DNA of 64,000 nucleotides from an uncultured bacterium (GCA_963749495.1 CAVVMW010000012.1:128001-192000), one strand, 5' to 3'; shown: positions 10,944-19,718, counted from the stretch's first letter. The notes: generated from the sequence alone by a model not told the origin. Made by a program: numbers and translations.

Positions 10944-11297
10944 TCACGGGCTAGCCTGAGTCATGACGAGTTTTCGAGCCTCAGCTTTGAGAAGGGTCAT
11001 GAGATGGTTGATATGTTCCATGTCATCCAGTTCCGCCTCCTCAGCGTCGGTGAGCTGGCCTTCCCGGTTCGTGCGGAGCAACTGGGCAGACCTCTCCGCG
11101 TGCGCCGCAGATGGCCGAAAGGCAATAATCTGCTCCGGGCGCGGGCCACTGGCGAGAAACTCGATAATCTCGCGCCAGTGGGCGGACGTACCGCCGTCGT
11201 GCTGTTGGAGGCCGCGTTCGATGATTTCCCCAAGCCTCTCCTTCTGTCCCGCGAGCCGGCGAACGGTCTGCTCCGGCAGGTCAATTGTGACTTGCAT
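10944..11297 (-). CDS. Small antitoxin-like hypothetical protein
   Basis: RHH-like start MQVTIDLPE; EIIEFLASGP.PEQIIAFRPS; LTDAEEAELD; has its own promoter. Confidence 0.7.
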   Translation of the reverse strand: MQVTIDLPEQTVRRLAGQKERLGEIIERGLQQHDGGTSAHWREIIEFLASGPRPEQIIAFRPSAAHAERSAQLLRTNREGQLTDAEEAELDDMEHINHLMTLLKAEARKLVMTQASP

Positions 11298-11303
11298 ATC
11301 GGG

Positions 11304-11332
11304 ATATTACCGGCCTATTCACAGCCGGTCAA
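11304..11332 (-). promoter_or_regulatory. Sigma70 promoter of a leaderless mRNA with a palindromic operator
   Basis: TTGACC-17-TAATAT-6-ATG on the minus strand; ACCGGC-N9-GCCGGT spans the spacer. Confidence 0.65.
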
Positions 11333-11348
11333 CTCCGGCTTCCCTGGC

Positions 11349-12911
11349 TCATTCCCCCACCGGTATCCCGTGTACCTGGGCCGGGTTGGTGAAGAGCAAT
11401 TCCTTCATGACCTGGCCGGCGGCATCGAAGTCGTGGTAGAGCGTCGAGGCGCGGTCGGCGACCAATTCGGCCAGGGCGTCGGCCAGGCCCAGGCGCATTG
11501 AGACGTACTTGGCGGCGACCATTTCCACGAAGCGGGCATCGGTGAACCCGCAGGCGATGGATTTGAGCGGGCCCATGCTGAGCTGGTCGCGGACCATCCT
11601 GGCGATCTTGTGGCGGCGGAAATAGTGCCACCAAGGGCCGGCGGAGACATTGCCGACCTGTTTGGCGGCGTTGGCCAGGTCGTTGTAGAGCATCTCGTGG
11701 GCGGAGATGTATTCGAAATGGACGTGCGGGTAACGGCGCCAGACCGGGTACTCCTCCTGCGGCAGGTTGGGGATATACTCGGGGAACGACTGGATCTCGC
11801 GTGCCCAATCCATGAAGTGGCGCGCCCCGCCGCAGAGCTGGAGGCAGACGCCGAACCGGGCGCCGGCGTCCTGGCGTTCCTTGCCGATGTCGTTGAGGCT
11901 CTGGAGCATCGCCTCGGCCACGCAGGCCAGGACCTGTTTGCGGTTCTCGCCATCCAGTTGGGTGCGATGATGCGCTATGGCCCAATCCACGGTCGCCATC
12001 GAATAGGGGCGGCTGAATCGCCAGTCGTGCGCCTGGAATCCGTCCACGTAAAGAATCCGGCTGCGGGGATTGGTCTTGGGGCTGCGCAGGATGCTCCAGA
12101 AAAAGGCGCTGGTCGCCTCCTGGAGGCCCTGCACGTCGCGGATTTCCCGGTCGAAGTATTCCTCGAGGTGGACCAGGTATTTCTCGGCCTCGAACTTGTG
12201 GCCCTGGGTGAAGAGGCCGAAATCGGTGGCGCGCTCCGGCCAGAAGAAGCCGTTGAAATCGAACATGTTCCAGGCCTCGGGATGGGTCGAGAAGGCCAGG
12301 TCAACGTCTTTGGGCCGCACGGGTGGGGCTGGGACCCGGTCGCGGTTCTCGATGCTCGTGACATAGGCGCGGATGTGGTGCTGCCGGAGCACGCTGGCTG
12401 CGAACTCCGGCTCGTGCCGCTCGGCCGCGATAGCATCGGCCACGGTGTCGAAGTGAGCAGGGTCCAGTGGGTCAATATCCTTGGGCACGCCGCGATAGAG
12501 GCGGAACATGTAACGGAGCCACTCGGCGTATTCGGAATAGCGGCTGTCATGGAGTTGTTCGAGGAGGAAGCGGCCGGCGGCGCGGCGCTCCTTGTCGGTG
12601 TTGGTGCCGACGCGGCGGAGGGCGTCGTCGAGCCGGTTGCCGGCCCCTTCGACGACCTGCGCGAACCAGGAATAGAAAAGGCCGTGCGTGGCGTCGGTCA
12701 TGGTGCGGCGGACCAGCCTGCGGCGGCGCAGGCCCTCCTGGACCACGCTGCTCGGCGGTCGGTTGACAGCGGCCTGGGTGCCGGCCAGGTTGCCCGCAGC
12801 CGCTTCTTCGTTGAACCCGGTCAGGTCATCCTGCACATGGGTATGGGCGTCAATGGCCGGCGTAGCCAGCGCCATCTCCTGAAGTCGTGAACGAATCTCG
12901 TCGAAGTTCAT
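11349..12911 (-). CDS. Amidohydrolase-superfamily protein resembling uronate isomerase (UxaC-like, divergent)
   Basis: IDAHTH metal motif; C-terminal GPWW... and TDARFVE..KY resemble uronate isomerase. Confidence 0.6.
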   Translation of the reverse strand: MNFDEIRSRLQEMALATPAIDAHTHVQDDLTGFNEEAAAGNLAGTQAAVNRPPSSVVQEGLRRRRLVRRTMTDATHGLFYSWFAQVVEGAGNRLDDALRRVGTNTDKERRAAGRFLLEQLHDSRYSEYAEWLRYMFRLYRGVPKDIDPLDPAHFDTVADAIAAERHEPEFAASVLRQHHIRAYVTSIENRDRVPAPPVRPKDVDLAFSTHPEAWNMFDFNGFFWPERATDFGLFTQGHKFEAEKYLVHLEEYFDREIRDVQGLQEATSAFFWSILRSPKTNPRSRILYVDGFQAHDWRFSRPYSMATVDWAIAHHRTQLDGENRKQVLACVAEAMLQSLNDIGKERQDAGARFGVCLQLCGGARHFMDWAREIQSFPEYIPNLPQEEYPVWRRYPHVHFEYISAHEMLYNDLANAAKQVGNVSAGPWWHYFRRHKIARMVRDQLSMGPLKSIACGFTDARFVEMVAAKYVSMRLGLADALAELVADRASTLYHDFDAAGQVMKELLFTNPAQVHGIPVGE

Positions 12912-12955
12912 GCAACGAGTTTCCGCGCTGTGGGCTGGCAATGCAAGTCCGGGAG

Positions 12956-13108
12956 GGACCCCTCACCCCGACCCTCTCCCCTTCCGAAGGGGAGAGGGAG
13001 AAGCATCGGCAGTCTCTCGAACTTCCATAGTGTCTCCGCTTCCTCAACACGCTGCGGAGAATTCTCCCTCTCCCCATCCGATGGGGAGAGGGTTGGGGTG
13101 AGGGGTCC
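12956..13108. repeat. CCCTCACCCC-family REP/MITE element, copy 2
   Basis: Inverted arms each with a CCCTCTCCCC/GGGGAGAGGG hairpin. Confidence 0.9.
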
Positions 13109-13131
13109 GCCCGATCCCCGGGCGCGCGCGA

Positions 13132-15318
13132 ATGCGGCTTTGCCTGGCCGCCGGGCTCTGTTATCATGGATTCTATATGACTCACTGCACGATGGGAGAT
13201 TTCAACGAATGGCTCGGCCCGGCCGGCATGGCGGCCACGGTATTGTTGGTTTGCCTGACGCAAGCGGTCAATGCGTCGGCTGGCGAGCCGGCCGGGCCGG
13301 TGGCGGAAGACCCCTACCTGTGGCTGGAAGACGTCGGCGGCCAGAAGGCCCTGGACTGGGTCCGGCAACAGAACGCCCAGAGCACCCGCGAACTGGAGGG
13401 CGCCCCGGACTTCGAGCCCGTGCGCCGCCGACTGCTCTCGATTCTCGACTCGAAAGAGCGGATACCGTACGTGACCAAGCACGGCCCCTGGTGCTACAAT
13501 TTCTGGCGAGACCAGAAGAACGTCCGCGGCCTCTGGCGGCGCGCGACACTCGAGGAATACAAAAAGCCGGAGCCGGCCTGGCAAGTGGTGCTCGATCTCG
13601 ACAAGCTGGCCGAGGCGGAAAAGGAGAACTGGGTTTGGAAGGGCTATGACATCCTTCATCCCACCTTCGATCGCTGCCTGGTCCTGCTCTCGCGCGGCGG
13701 AGCCGACGCGACGGTCGTCCGCGAGTTCGACCTGAAGACCCTGTGCTTTGTTGACGGCGGTTTTTATCTGCCCGAGGCCAAGAGCGATTTGGCTTGGCGC
13801 GACCGCGACACTCTCTACGTGGGGACCGATTTCGGCCCCGGCTCGCTCACCAGCTCCGGCTACCCGCGGCTGGTCAAGGAGTGGAAGCGCGGCACGCCGC
13901 TGGCCCAAGCGACGGCCGTCTTCGAGGGCAAAGCGGAGGACGTGAGCGTAGCGGCGGCCGTCATCCACGATCACGGCCGGAAATACGAGTTCATCCATCG
14001 CGGCGTGACGTTCTTCACCAGCGAGCAGTTGGTCCGGCGCGGCGAAAACTGGGTGAAGCTCGACAAGCCCGAGGATGCCCAGGCCGGCACCTTCCAGGAC
14101 CAGCTTCTGCTGACGCTGCGCTCGGACTGGACGGTCCAGGGCAAGACCTACCCGGCCGGGGCGCTGCTGGCAGCCGACTTCGAGGGGTGCCTCAAGGGCG
14201 AGCGGCAATTTGCGGTGCTCTTCGAGCCGACCCCGCGCACGAGCCTGGCCGGCATCAGCCAGACCAAGCACTGGCTGATCCTCGATGAGCTGGACAACGT
14301 CCGCAGCCGGCTCTACGTGCTCCAGCGCCAGAACGGCGCCTGGAGCCGGACGCCGCTCGAGGCCCCGGCCTTCGGCTCGGCCAGCGCGAGCGGCGTCGAC
14401 CCCGACGAGTCGGACGACTACTTCCTGACCGTGACGGATTTCCTGACCCCTTCGAGCCTTTACCTGGGCACGCTGGGCCGGCCGGAGCGCCAGCCGCTCA
14501 AGAGCCTGCCGGCGTTCTTCAACGCCGAGGGCCTCCAAATCAGCCAGCACGAGGCTGCCTCCAAAGACGGCACCCGGGTCCCTTACTTCCAGGTGAGCCG
14601 GAAGGAGTTGGCCCTGGAGGGCCGCAGCCCGACGCTGCTCTACGGCTACGGGGGTTTCCAGATTTCCATGCTGCCCAACTACAATGGCGGGGTTGGCTCG
14701 GCCTGGCTGGAGCGCGGCGGGGTGTTTATCCTGGCCAACATCCGCGGCGGCGGCGAGTTCGGCCCCAAGTGGCACGAGGCGGCGCGCAAGGCGCACCGGC
14801 AGCGCGCCTACGATGACTTCATCGCGGTGGCCGAAGACCTGGTCGCGCGCCGGGTGACCTCGCCTGCCCACCTGGGCATTCAAGGCGGCTCCAACGGCGG
14901 CCTCCTCATGGGCGTCATGCTCACCGAGCGGCCCGACCTCTTCAAAGCCGTCGTCTGCCAGGCCCCGCTGCTGGACATGCGCCGCTTCAACAAACTGCTG
15001 GCCGGCGCAAGCTGGATGGACGAATACGGCAATCCCGACAAGCCCGAGGAGTGGGCCTACATCAGCCAATTCTCTCCGTATCAGAACGTCGCCAAAGACA
15101 AGCACTACCCGCGCGTGCTCTTCACCACCTCGACCCGCGACGACCGGGTCCATCCGGGCCACGCCCGCAAGATGGCGGCCCGGATGAAGGAGCAGGGCCA
15201 CGACGTGCTCTACTACGAGAACATCGAGGGCGGCCACGGCGGCGCGGCCGACAACAAGCAGGCCGCCTATATGTCCGCCCTGGCCTATACGTTCCTGGCC
15301 AGGGAGCTGGGATTGTAA
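13132..15318 (+). CDS. Prolyl oligopeptidase (S9A); start uncertain
   Basis: DPYLWLED, YGYGGF, NIRGGGEFG, GGSNGG (catalytic Ser), DDRVHP, EGGHG. Confidence 0.95.
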   Translation: MRLCLAAGLCYHGFYMTHCTMGDFNEWLGPAGMAATVLLVCLTQAVNASAGEPAGPVAEDPYLWLEDVGGQKALDWVRQQNAQSTRELEGAPDFEPVRRRLLSILDSKERIPYVTKHGPWCYNFWRDQKNVRGLWRRATLEEYKKPEPAWQVVLDLDKLAEAEKENWVWKGYDILHPTFDRCLVLLSRGGADATVVREFDLKTLCFVDGGFYLPEAKSDLAWRDRDTLYVGTDFGPGSLTSSGYPRLVKEWKRGTPLAQATAVFEGKAEDVSVAAAVIHDHGRKYEFIHRGVTFFTSEQLVRRGENWVKLDKPEDAQAGTFQDQLLLTLRSDWTVQGKTYPAGALLAADFEGCLKGERQFAVLFEPTPRTSLAGISQTKHWLILDELDNVRSRLYVLQRQNGAWSRTPLEAPAFGSASASGVDPDESDDYFLTVTDFLTPSSLYLGTLGRPERQPLKSLPAFFNAEGLQISQHEAASKDGTRVPYFQVSRKELALEGRSPTLLYGYGGFQISMLPNYNGGVGSAWLERGGVFILANIRGGGEFGPKWHEAARKAHRQRAYDDFIAVAEDLVARRVTSPAHLGIQGGSNGGLLMGVMLTERPDLFKAVVCQAPLLDMRRFNKLLAGASWMDEYGNPDKPEEWAYISQFSPYQNVAKDKHYPRVLFTTSTRDDRVHPGHARKMAARMKEQGHDVLYYENIEGGHGGAADNKQAAYMSALAYTFLARELGL

Positions 15319-15406
15319 GGCGGGGCCGGCGCTGTCCTGTTATGGGACAGCGCCCGTTCGGACGCGCCGGGGGTAATCGGTGAAGGCGGAAAGGGAGTCC
15401 CCGGTG

Positions 15407-15556
15407 AACCCCTCACCCCGGCCCTCTCCCCTTCCGAAGGGGAGAGGGAGAAATATCGGCAGTCTCTGGAGCTTCGGGGCGTGTCCGCGTCCTCATGCCG
15501 CTACCGGGGATTCTCCCTCTCCCCTTCCGAAGGGGAGAGGGCCGGGGTGAGGGGTT
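15407..15556. repeat. CCCTCACCCC-family REP/MITE element, copy 3
   Basis: Same arms; spacer homologous to copy 2 (TCGGCAGTCTCT...). Confidence 0.9.
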
Positions 15557-15648
15557 GGCCCGCGGTGCCGCTCCCGCTGTCACGGCGTCCTTGCCGCCGG
15601 GCAAATTCCGGGTTGATCTGCCTTGGGGCGCTGGCATAGACTTGGATG

Positions 15649-15723
15649 GCGGTTAGTTGCCGGCAATACGTGAACGCCTTTTGTAATCATAGTTATAACC
15701 GCCGGCAGCTTGGTTCACACCGC
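15649..15723 (+). ncRNA. Candidate structured 5' leader RNA (pilin-associated pseudoknot motif), copy 1
   Basis: GCGGT/ACCGC, AGTTGCCGGC/GCCGGCAGCT, GTGAAC/GTTCAC; covaries with copies 2 and 3. Confidence 0.65.
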
Positions 15724-15741
15724 TCCAGTAGAAAGGTCCGT

Positions 15742-16119
15742 ATGAAAACAAGCATAAACGGGAAGCGCGGCTTCACCCTGGTGGAGATCATGATTGTGGT
15801 GGCCATCATTGGCCTGTTGGCCTCGATCGCCATCCCGAATTTCGTGAAGGCCCGCACCACGGCCCAGCAGAAGGCCTGCATCAGCAACCTCCAGCAGATC
15901 AACGGCGCGATCCAGCGTTGGGCGCTGGACCTCAACAAGGCCCAGGGCCAAGCGGTGACTTACAGCGACATCAGCAGCTATCTCCAGCGGTCGGTCACGT
16001 GCCCCTCGGGCGGCTCGACCTTCGATGACAGCTACACCATAACGACTGTGGACGCCCCACCCGCCTGCCAGCGCGTCCCCAGCGGCCCCAACGCCCACGT
16101 CCTGCCCTCCTCGAATTGA
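15742..16119 (+). CDS. Type IV pilin-like protein (prepilin N-terminal cleavage/methylation domain)
   Basis: KRG|FTLVEIMIVVAIIGLLASIAIPNF; Cys-containing C-terminus. Confidence 0.92.
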   Translation: MKTSINGKRGFTLVEIMIVVAIIGLLASIAIPNFVKARTTAQQKACISNLQQINGAIQRWALDLNKAQGQAVTYSDISSYLQRSVTCPSGGSTFDDSYTITTVDAPPACQRVPSGPNAHVLPSSN

Positions 16120-16125
16120 GCAGAA

Positions 16126-16533
16126 AAGGCTAAAGGCTAAGGGCTAAAGGCTAAAGTAAAGACCGAAGAGGGGAGGGGAAGGCGATGGAGCCTGGATAGC
16201 GGCGCTTTGGCTGGTGCGGTTACAAGTGTCGGGCGCACGCTCTGGTGCCGCCCCGGAGGGGCGCCTGACAATGGCGCAACGTTTCAGCGTTGGGGCGTGC
16301 GCTCGGCAGGAATGAGTCCCGAACCGGCGGCTGCCCTGCTCCTGGACTTCAACCGTCCCTCCGGGACGGAGAGGTTCTCACCACGCCGCCACCCAACGCT
16401 GAAGCGTTGGGCTATTCTCGGATGTCCCTCCGGGACAAGACCCCCCAGGCCCCATGCCCGCCGCCGTCAAATCGCACCCTGCTTTACCCCTTAGCCTTCA
16501 GCCTTCAGCCTTCAGCCTTTAGCCTTTAGCCTT
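16126..16533. repeat. Composite repeat: (AGGCTAA)n ... CGTC-type REP-like palindromes ... (TTMAGCC)n
   Basis: Heptamer arrays at 16126-16156 and 16491-16533 are reverse complements; inside are CCCAACGCTGAAGCGTTGGG and CGTCCCTCCGGGACG hairpins. Confidence 0.8.
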
Positions 16534-16538
16534 GTCTT

Positions 16539-16554
16539 TGGCACCCGTCTTGCT
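16539..16554 (+). promoter_or_regulatory. Sigma54 (-24/-12) promoter of pilin 2
   Basis: TGGCAC-CCGTC-TTGCT, consensus GG-N10-GC. Confidence 0.75.
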
Positions 16555-16565
16555 CAAGGCCAGTC

Positions 16566-16637
16566 GCGGTTGCACCAGGCAATTCGTGAACAAATGCCCG
16601 TAATGATCCTAACCCGCCTGGCGCAAGTTCACACCGC
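16566..16637 (+). ncRNA. Candidate structured 5' leader RNA, copy 2
   Basis: GCGGT/ACCGC, TGCACCAGGC/GCCTGGCGCA, GTGAAC/GTTCAC. Confidence 0.65.
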
Positions 16638-16661
16638 CCAATACAGAAAGGCAAAGTTAGT

Positions 16662-17048
16662 ATGAAAAAAACCTCCCGCAAGTCAGGCTTCACCCTGGTC
16701 GAAATCATGATCGTCGTGGCGATCATCGGCCTGTTGGCCGCCATCGCCATCCCCAACTTCGTCCGGGCGCGCAAGACCTCCCAGACCAATGCGTGCATCA
16801 ACAACCTGCGCCAGATCAACGGGGCCAAGCAGCAGTGGGCGCTGGAAAACGGCAAGAAAAGCGCCAACGTCCCGATCGGCGCCAACCTCCAGGTTTACCT
16901 GGGCCGCGGCAACCTCGGCTCGATCAACAACCTCTATTGCCCGCTGAGCACACCAGGCCCGCTCAACGGCTACACCATCGGCAGCGTCGGCGTGGCCCCG
17001 GTCTGCCTGAACTTTGACGCGACAGCCCATAACGCCGTCCTGAACTGA
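16662..17048 (+). CDS. Type IV pilin-like protein
   Basis: KSG|FTLVEIMIVVAIIGLLAAIAIPNF. Confidence 0.93.
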   Translation: MKKTSRKSGFTLVEIMIVVAIIGLLAAIAIPNFVRARKTSQTNACINNLRQINGAKQQWALENGKKSANVPIGANLQVYLGRGNLGSINNLYCPLSTPGPLNGYTIGSVGVAPVCLNFDATAHNAVLN

Positions 17049-17071
17049 CCTTTCCAACCAACGCCGAATCG

Positions 17072-17107
17072 GACGGGCCTGGGTTTCTCCAGGCCCGTTC
17101 TTTTTTT
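17072..17107 (+). terminator. Rho-independent terminator
   Basis: GACGGGCCTGG-loop-CCAGGCCCGTT followed by T7. Confidence 0.85.
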
Positions 17108-17228
17108 GCCCGGGGCCGGCAGCCCGGCCCCCAACCTATTGTCTCAGGGCTGGACACGGAGGCTCAAAATCGGACAGTCGGGTCCTTGGGCAACGCCCTA
17201 CTGCCCCGGACTTTGACTGATTGTCACG

Positions 17229-17310
17229 ACCTTTGTCGCAGCCTTTGCCGAAACCTTTGTCGAAATCCGGCTGAGCTCGACAAAGGCTGCGACAAAGGCT
17301 GCGACAAAGC
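17229..17310. repeat. 12-mer tandem-inverted element (CCTTTGTCGCAA)n/(TTGCGACAAAGG)n, copy 1
   Basis: Read directly; other copies at 26205, 34979 and 36006. Confidence 0.9.
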
Positions 17311-17423
17311 TGCCAAAGTCATCCAAAGTCGGGTGCAGCAGGGCAACGCCCCGGGTTTCCGTGCGCCTGCCCCCAGCCCATCGCTGCGCGATGGAACCCG
17401 AAATCCATGGGCCGGGCTTGGGG

Positions 17424-17439
17424 TGGCATCAAGTTTGCT
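17424..17439 (+). promoter_or_regulatory. Sigma54 promoter of pilin 3
   Basis: TGGCAT-CAAGT-TTGCT. Confidence 0.75.
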
Positions 17440-17450
17440 TGCAACCAATC

Positions 17451-17526
17451 GCGCAACGGCAGCAAGCAATACGTGAACGCGAACTGTAGTCGGTCCTGAA
17501 CCGCTTGCCGCCTGTTCACATTGCGC
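17451..17526 (+). ncRNA. Candidate structured 5' leader RNA, copy 3
   Basis: GCGCAA/TTGCGC, GGCAGCAAGC/GCTTGCCGCC, GTGAAC/GTTCAC. Confidence 0.65.
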
Positions 17527-17548
17527 ATTACAGAAAGGCAAAGTTATT

Positions 17549-17935
17549 ATGAGAAAAACCTCACGCAAATCGGGCTTCACGCTGGTCGAGATCATGATCG
17601 TCGTGGCCATCATCGGCCTGTTGGCCGCCATCGCCATCCCCAACTTCGTCCGTGCGCGCAAGACCTCCCAGACCAATGCGTGCATCAACAACCTGCGCCA
17701 GATCAACGGGGCCAAGCAGCAGTGGGCGCTGGAAAACGGCAAGAAGAGCGCGGATATCCCGGGCAACGCCGACATCCAGGTTTACCTGGGCCGCAGCAAC
17801 CTCGGCTCGATCAACAACCTCTATTGCCCGCTGAGCACACCAGGCCCGCTGGCCGGCTACACCATCGGCAGCGTCGGCGTGGCCCCGGTCTGCCTGAACT
17901 TTGACGCGACAGCCCATAACGCCGTCCTGAACTAG
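17549..17935 (+). CDS. Type IV pilin-like protein (near-identical paralogue of 16662-17048)
   Basis: Same prepilin motif; 128 aa. Confidence 0.93.
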   Translation: MRKTSRKSGFTLVEIMIVVAIIGLLAAIAIPNFVRARKTSQTNACINNLRQINGAKQQWALENGKKSADIPGNADIQVYLGRSNLGSINNLYCPLSTPGPLAGYTIGSVGVAPVCLNFDATAHNAVLN

Positions 17936-17993
17936 CGTGCCCATCTCGATGTTGGAACAGGCCTGCGCATCCCTCAGGCCTGTCCTGCATTCC

Positions 17994-18009
17994 TGGCATC
18001 GGCGCTGCT
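17994..18009 (+). promoter_or_regulatory. Sigma54 promoter of pilin 4
   Basis: TGGCAT-CGGCG-CTGCT. Confidence 0.55.
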
Positions 18010-18081
18010 TCTCAAAGCAGAGGAAACAGGAGCCTGGCCCGCCAACGCACGGGCCAGGCAGAGTTCGGAAGCCCATTCCGT

Positions 18082-18474
18082 ATGAAGACGCATCGCTTTG
18101 GTCAGCCTGGCTTTACGCTCATCGAGATCATGATCGTGGTGGCCATCATCGGGATGTTGGCTGCGATAGCCATTCCCAACTTCGTGCGCGCCCGCAAGAC
18201 CTCCGTGACCAACGCCTGTATCAACAACTTGCGGGAGATCGACGACGCCAAGCAACAATGGGCGCTGGAAGCCGGCAAGAGCAGCGGCGATACGCCGCTC
18301 CCGGCCGACATCCAGCCCTACATGGGGCGGGGCAACCAGGGCAGCCTCGCCAGGGTCTATTGCCCCTTGATCATGCCTGGAACTCCCATGGCCGGCTACA
18401 CGGTCAATGCCGTCGGCACACCGCCTGTCTGCAATCAGTTCGACGCCTCCGAGCATCCCGCCGTGATCAACTGA
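18082..18474 (+). CDS. Type IV pilin-like protein
   Basis: PG|FTLIEIMIVVAIIGMLAAIAIPNF. Confidence 0.93.
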   Translation: MKTHRFGQPGFTLIEIMIVVAIIGMLAAIAIPNFVRARKTSVTNACINNLREIDDAKQQWALEAGKSSGDTPLPADIQPYMGRGNQGSLARVYCPLIMPGTPMAGYTVNAVGTPPVCNQFDASEHPAVIN

Positions 18475-18654
18475 CGGGACGCCATCCCTCCGGGACGAGC
18501 ATGAATCCTGGTGTGGTGTCCCGATCTCGGGTGGCTGGATTCAGACCCGGTGGCGGAATTAACCGCAAAGAACGCAAAGATCACAAAGAAAGGCCTCGAT
18601 CCTTTCTGTCTTTGCGTTCTTTGTGATCTCTGGGGTTAGTTTTGCCACCAACTC

Positions 18655-18915
18655 TCAGAAGCGGGCGGCGGGCTCGTCAATATTCGGCACGGCCTGGGTG
18701 TCATCCGGGCCGTTGCTCTGGCCCCGGATGATGCTGGCGTACAAGAACCAGACCAATGCGGCGCCGACCACCGCGATCAGGGCCACGCCGAGAGCGATGT
18801 CCCTGCGGCTGACGCCGAATTGGTTGTAGGTGGAGAAATGGCGGTGTCTGCGCCGCACGCGCACGTGGTGTCGCGGCGGCTCTTGCGGCGCAGATGTGTC
18901 GAGCGGGTCCTTCAT
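18655..18915 (-). CDS. Small single-pass membrane protein
   Basis: Basic N-terminus then one TM helix IALGVALIAVVGAALVWFLY; TTGACA upstream. Confidence 0.55.
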   Translation of the reverse strand: MKDPLDTSAPQEPPRHHVRVRRRHRHFSTYNQFGVSRRDIALGVALIAVVGAALVWFLYASIIRGQSNGPDDTQAVPNIDEPAARF

Positions 18916-19025
18916 ACCCCGTTGGGCTGGTCCTGGCGTTATAGTGCGGCAGTTTTAGCAAGGAGGCCCGGTTTTGTCAAGCCTGGTTCGCGAGGTTCGC
19001 GAGGTCATCACTTTGTGAACGACCC

Positions 19026-19718
19026 TCACTTGGCACCAAAGACGCCGTCGAGGATGACCTCTTTGGTCTTCCAGAGCAGGGCCATGGTCATGGCCAGGGG
19101 GAGCAGGAGCAGGGGGATGAGCGGGACCAGGTAGAGGACATTGCTCTGGTCCAGGGCGGCGGTGAGCCGCTCGGCCCAAGGTGGCAGGTGCCAGAAAGAA
19201 TGGTTGAGCGCCAGGCAAGCGGCGGCCAGCGCCAGGAGGGTCAGGAGCAGGTTGAGGTTGAGTGTGGTGAACTGCTTGATTTCCAGGCGCAGGCCCTCGT
19301 CGGGCAGCATGGCGCCCAGGCGCCGCAAGACGTGGTTGAGGCTGCCCAGAAACAGCAGGCTGAAGAGGCCCAGCAGCAGGACCATCAGGAAGAAGAAGGC
19401 GTTGGCGGGCACCCGGCTCGACCAGTAGAGGAAGGGGCTGAGGCTGAGATTGACCAGGCTAAGGACCTGGGCCCGCTCCAAGGCGTTGCGCCAGACCCGC
19501 TCCTGCTTCTGAAAGGAGCCGAGCTGCCACAGGCCGTAGGCCAGCCAACCCGTGCAGACCACCGGGGGCACGATGCCGAAGGGTCTTGCCCCCTCGCCCC
19601 GGGCGGTGTAGAAGCAGATGACGAGCGCGCTGGGCAGCCCCCAGAACAGAGTCGAGAGGCCCCGCACCAAACAGCCCAGCGAGCGGAGCAGCTCGGGGTT
19701 GGGGCGTGGCTCGGGCAT
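19026..19718 (-). CDS. Multi-pass membrane protein of unknown function
   Basis: About 6 hydrophobic segments; directly downstream of speA. Confidence 0.7.
   Translation of the reverse strand: MPEPRPNPELLRSLGCLVRGLSTLFWGLPSALVICFYTARGEGARPFGIVPPVVCTGWLAYGLWQLGSFQKQERVWRNALERAQVLSLVNLSLSPFLYWSSRVPANAFFFLMVLLLGLFSLLFLGSLNHVLRRLGAMLPDEGLRLEIKQFTTLNLNLLLTLLALAAACLALNHSFWHLPPWAERLTAALDQSNVLYLVPLIPLLLLPLAMTMALLWKTKEVILDGVFGAK

Noticed and set aside
17229..17310. 12-mer and 7-mer arrays as CRISPR
   Set aside because: Units are contiguous with no unique spacers, too short, and no cas genes are present.
15649..17526. Assigning the pilin leader to c-di-GMP-I/II, fluoride or a self-cleaving ribozyme class
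   Set aside because: Diagnostic conserved nucleotides are not present by eye, so it is left unassigned.
16662..17935. Diversity-generating retroelement TR/VR pair
   Set aside because: Both copies are full genes, differences are not confined to adenines, and no reverse transcriptase is in the window.
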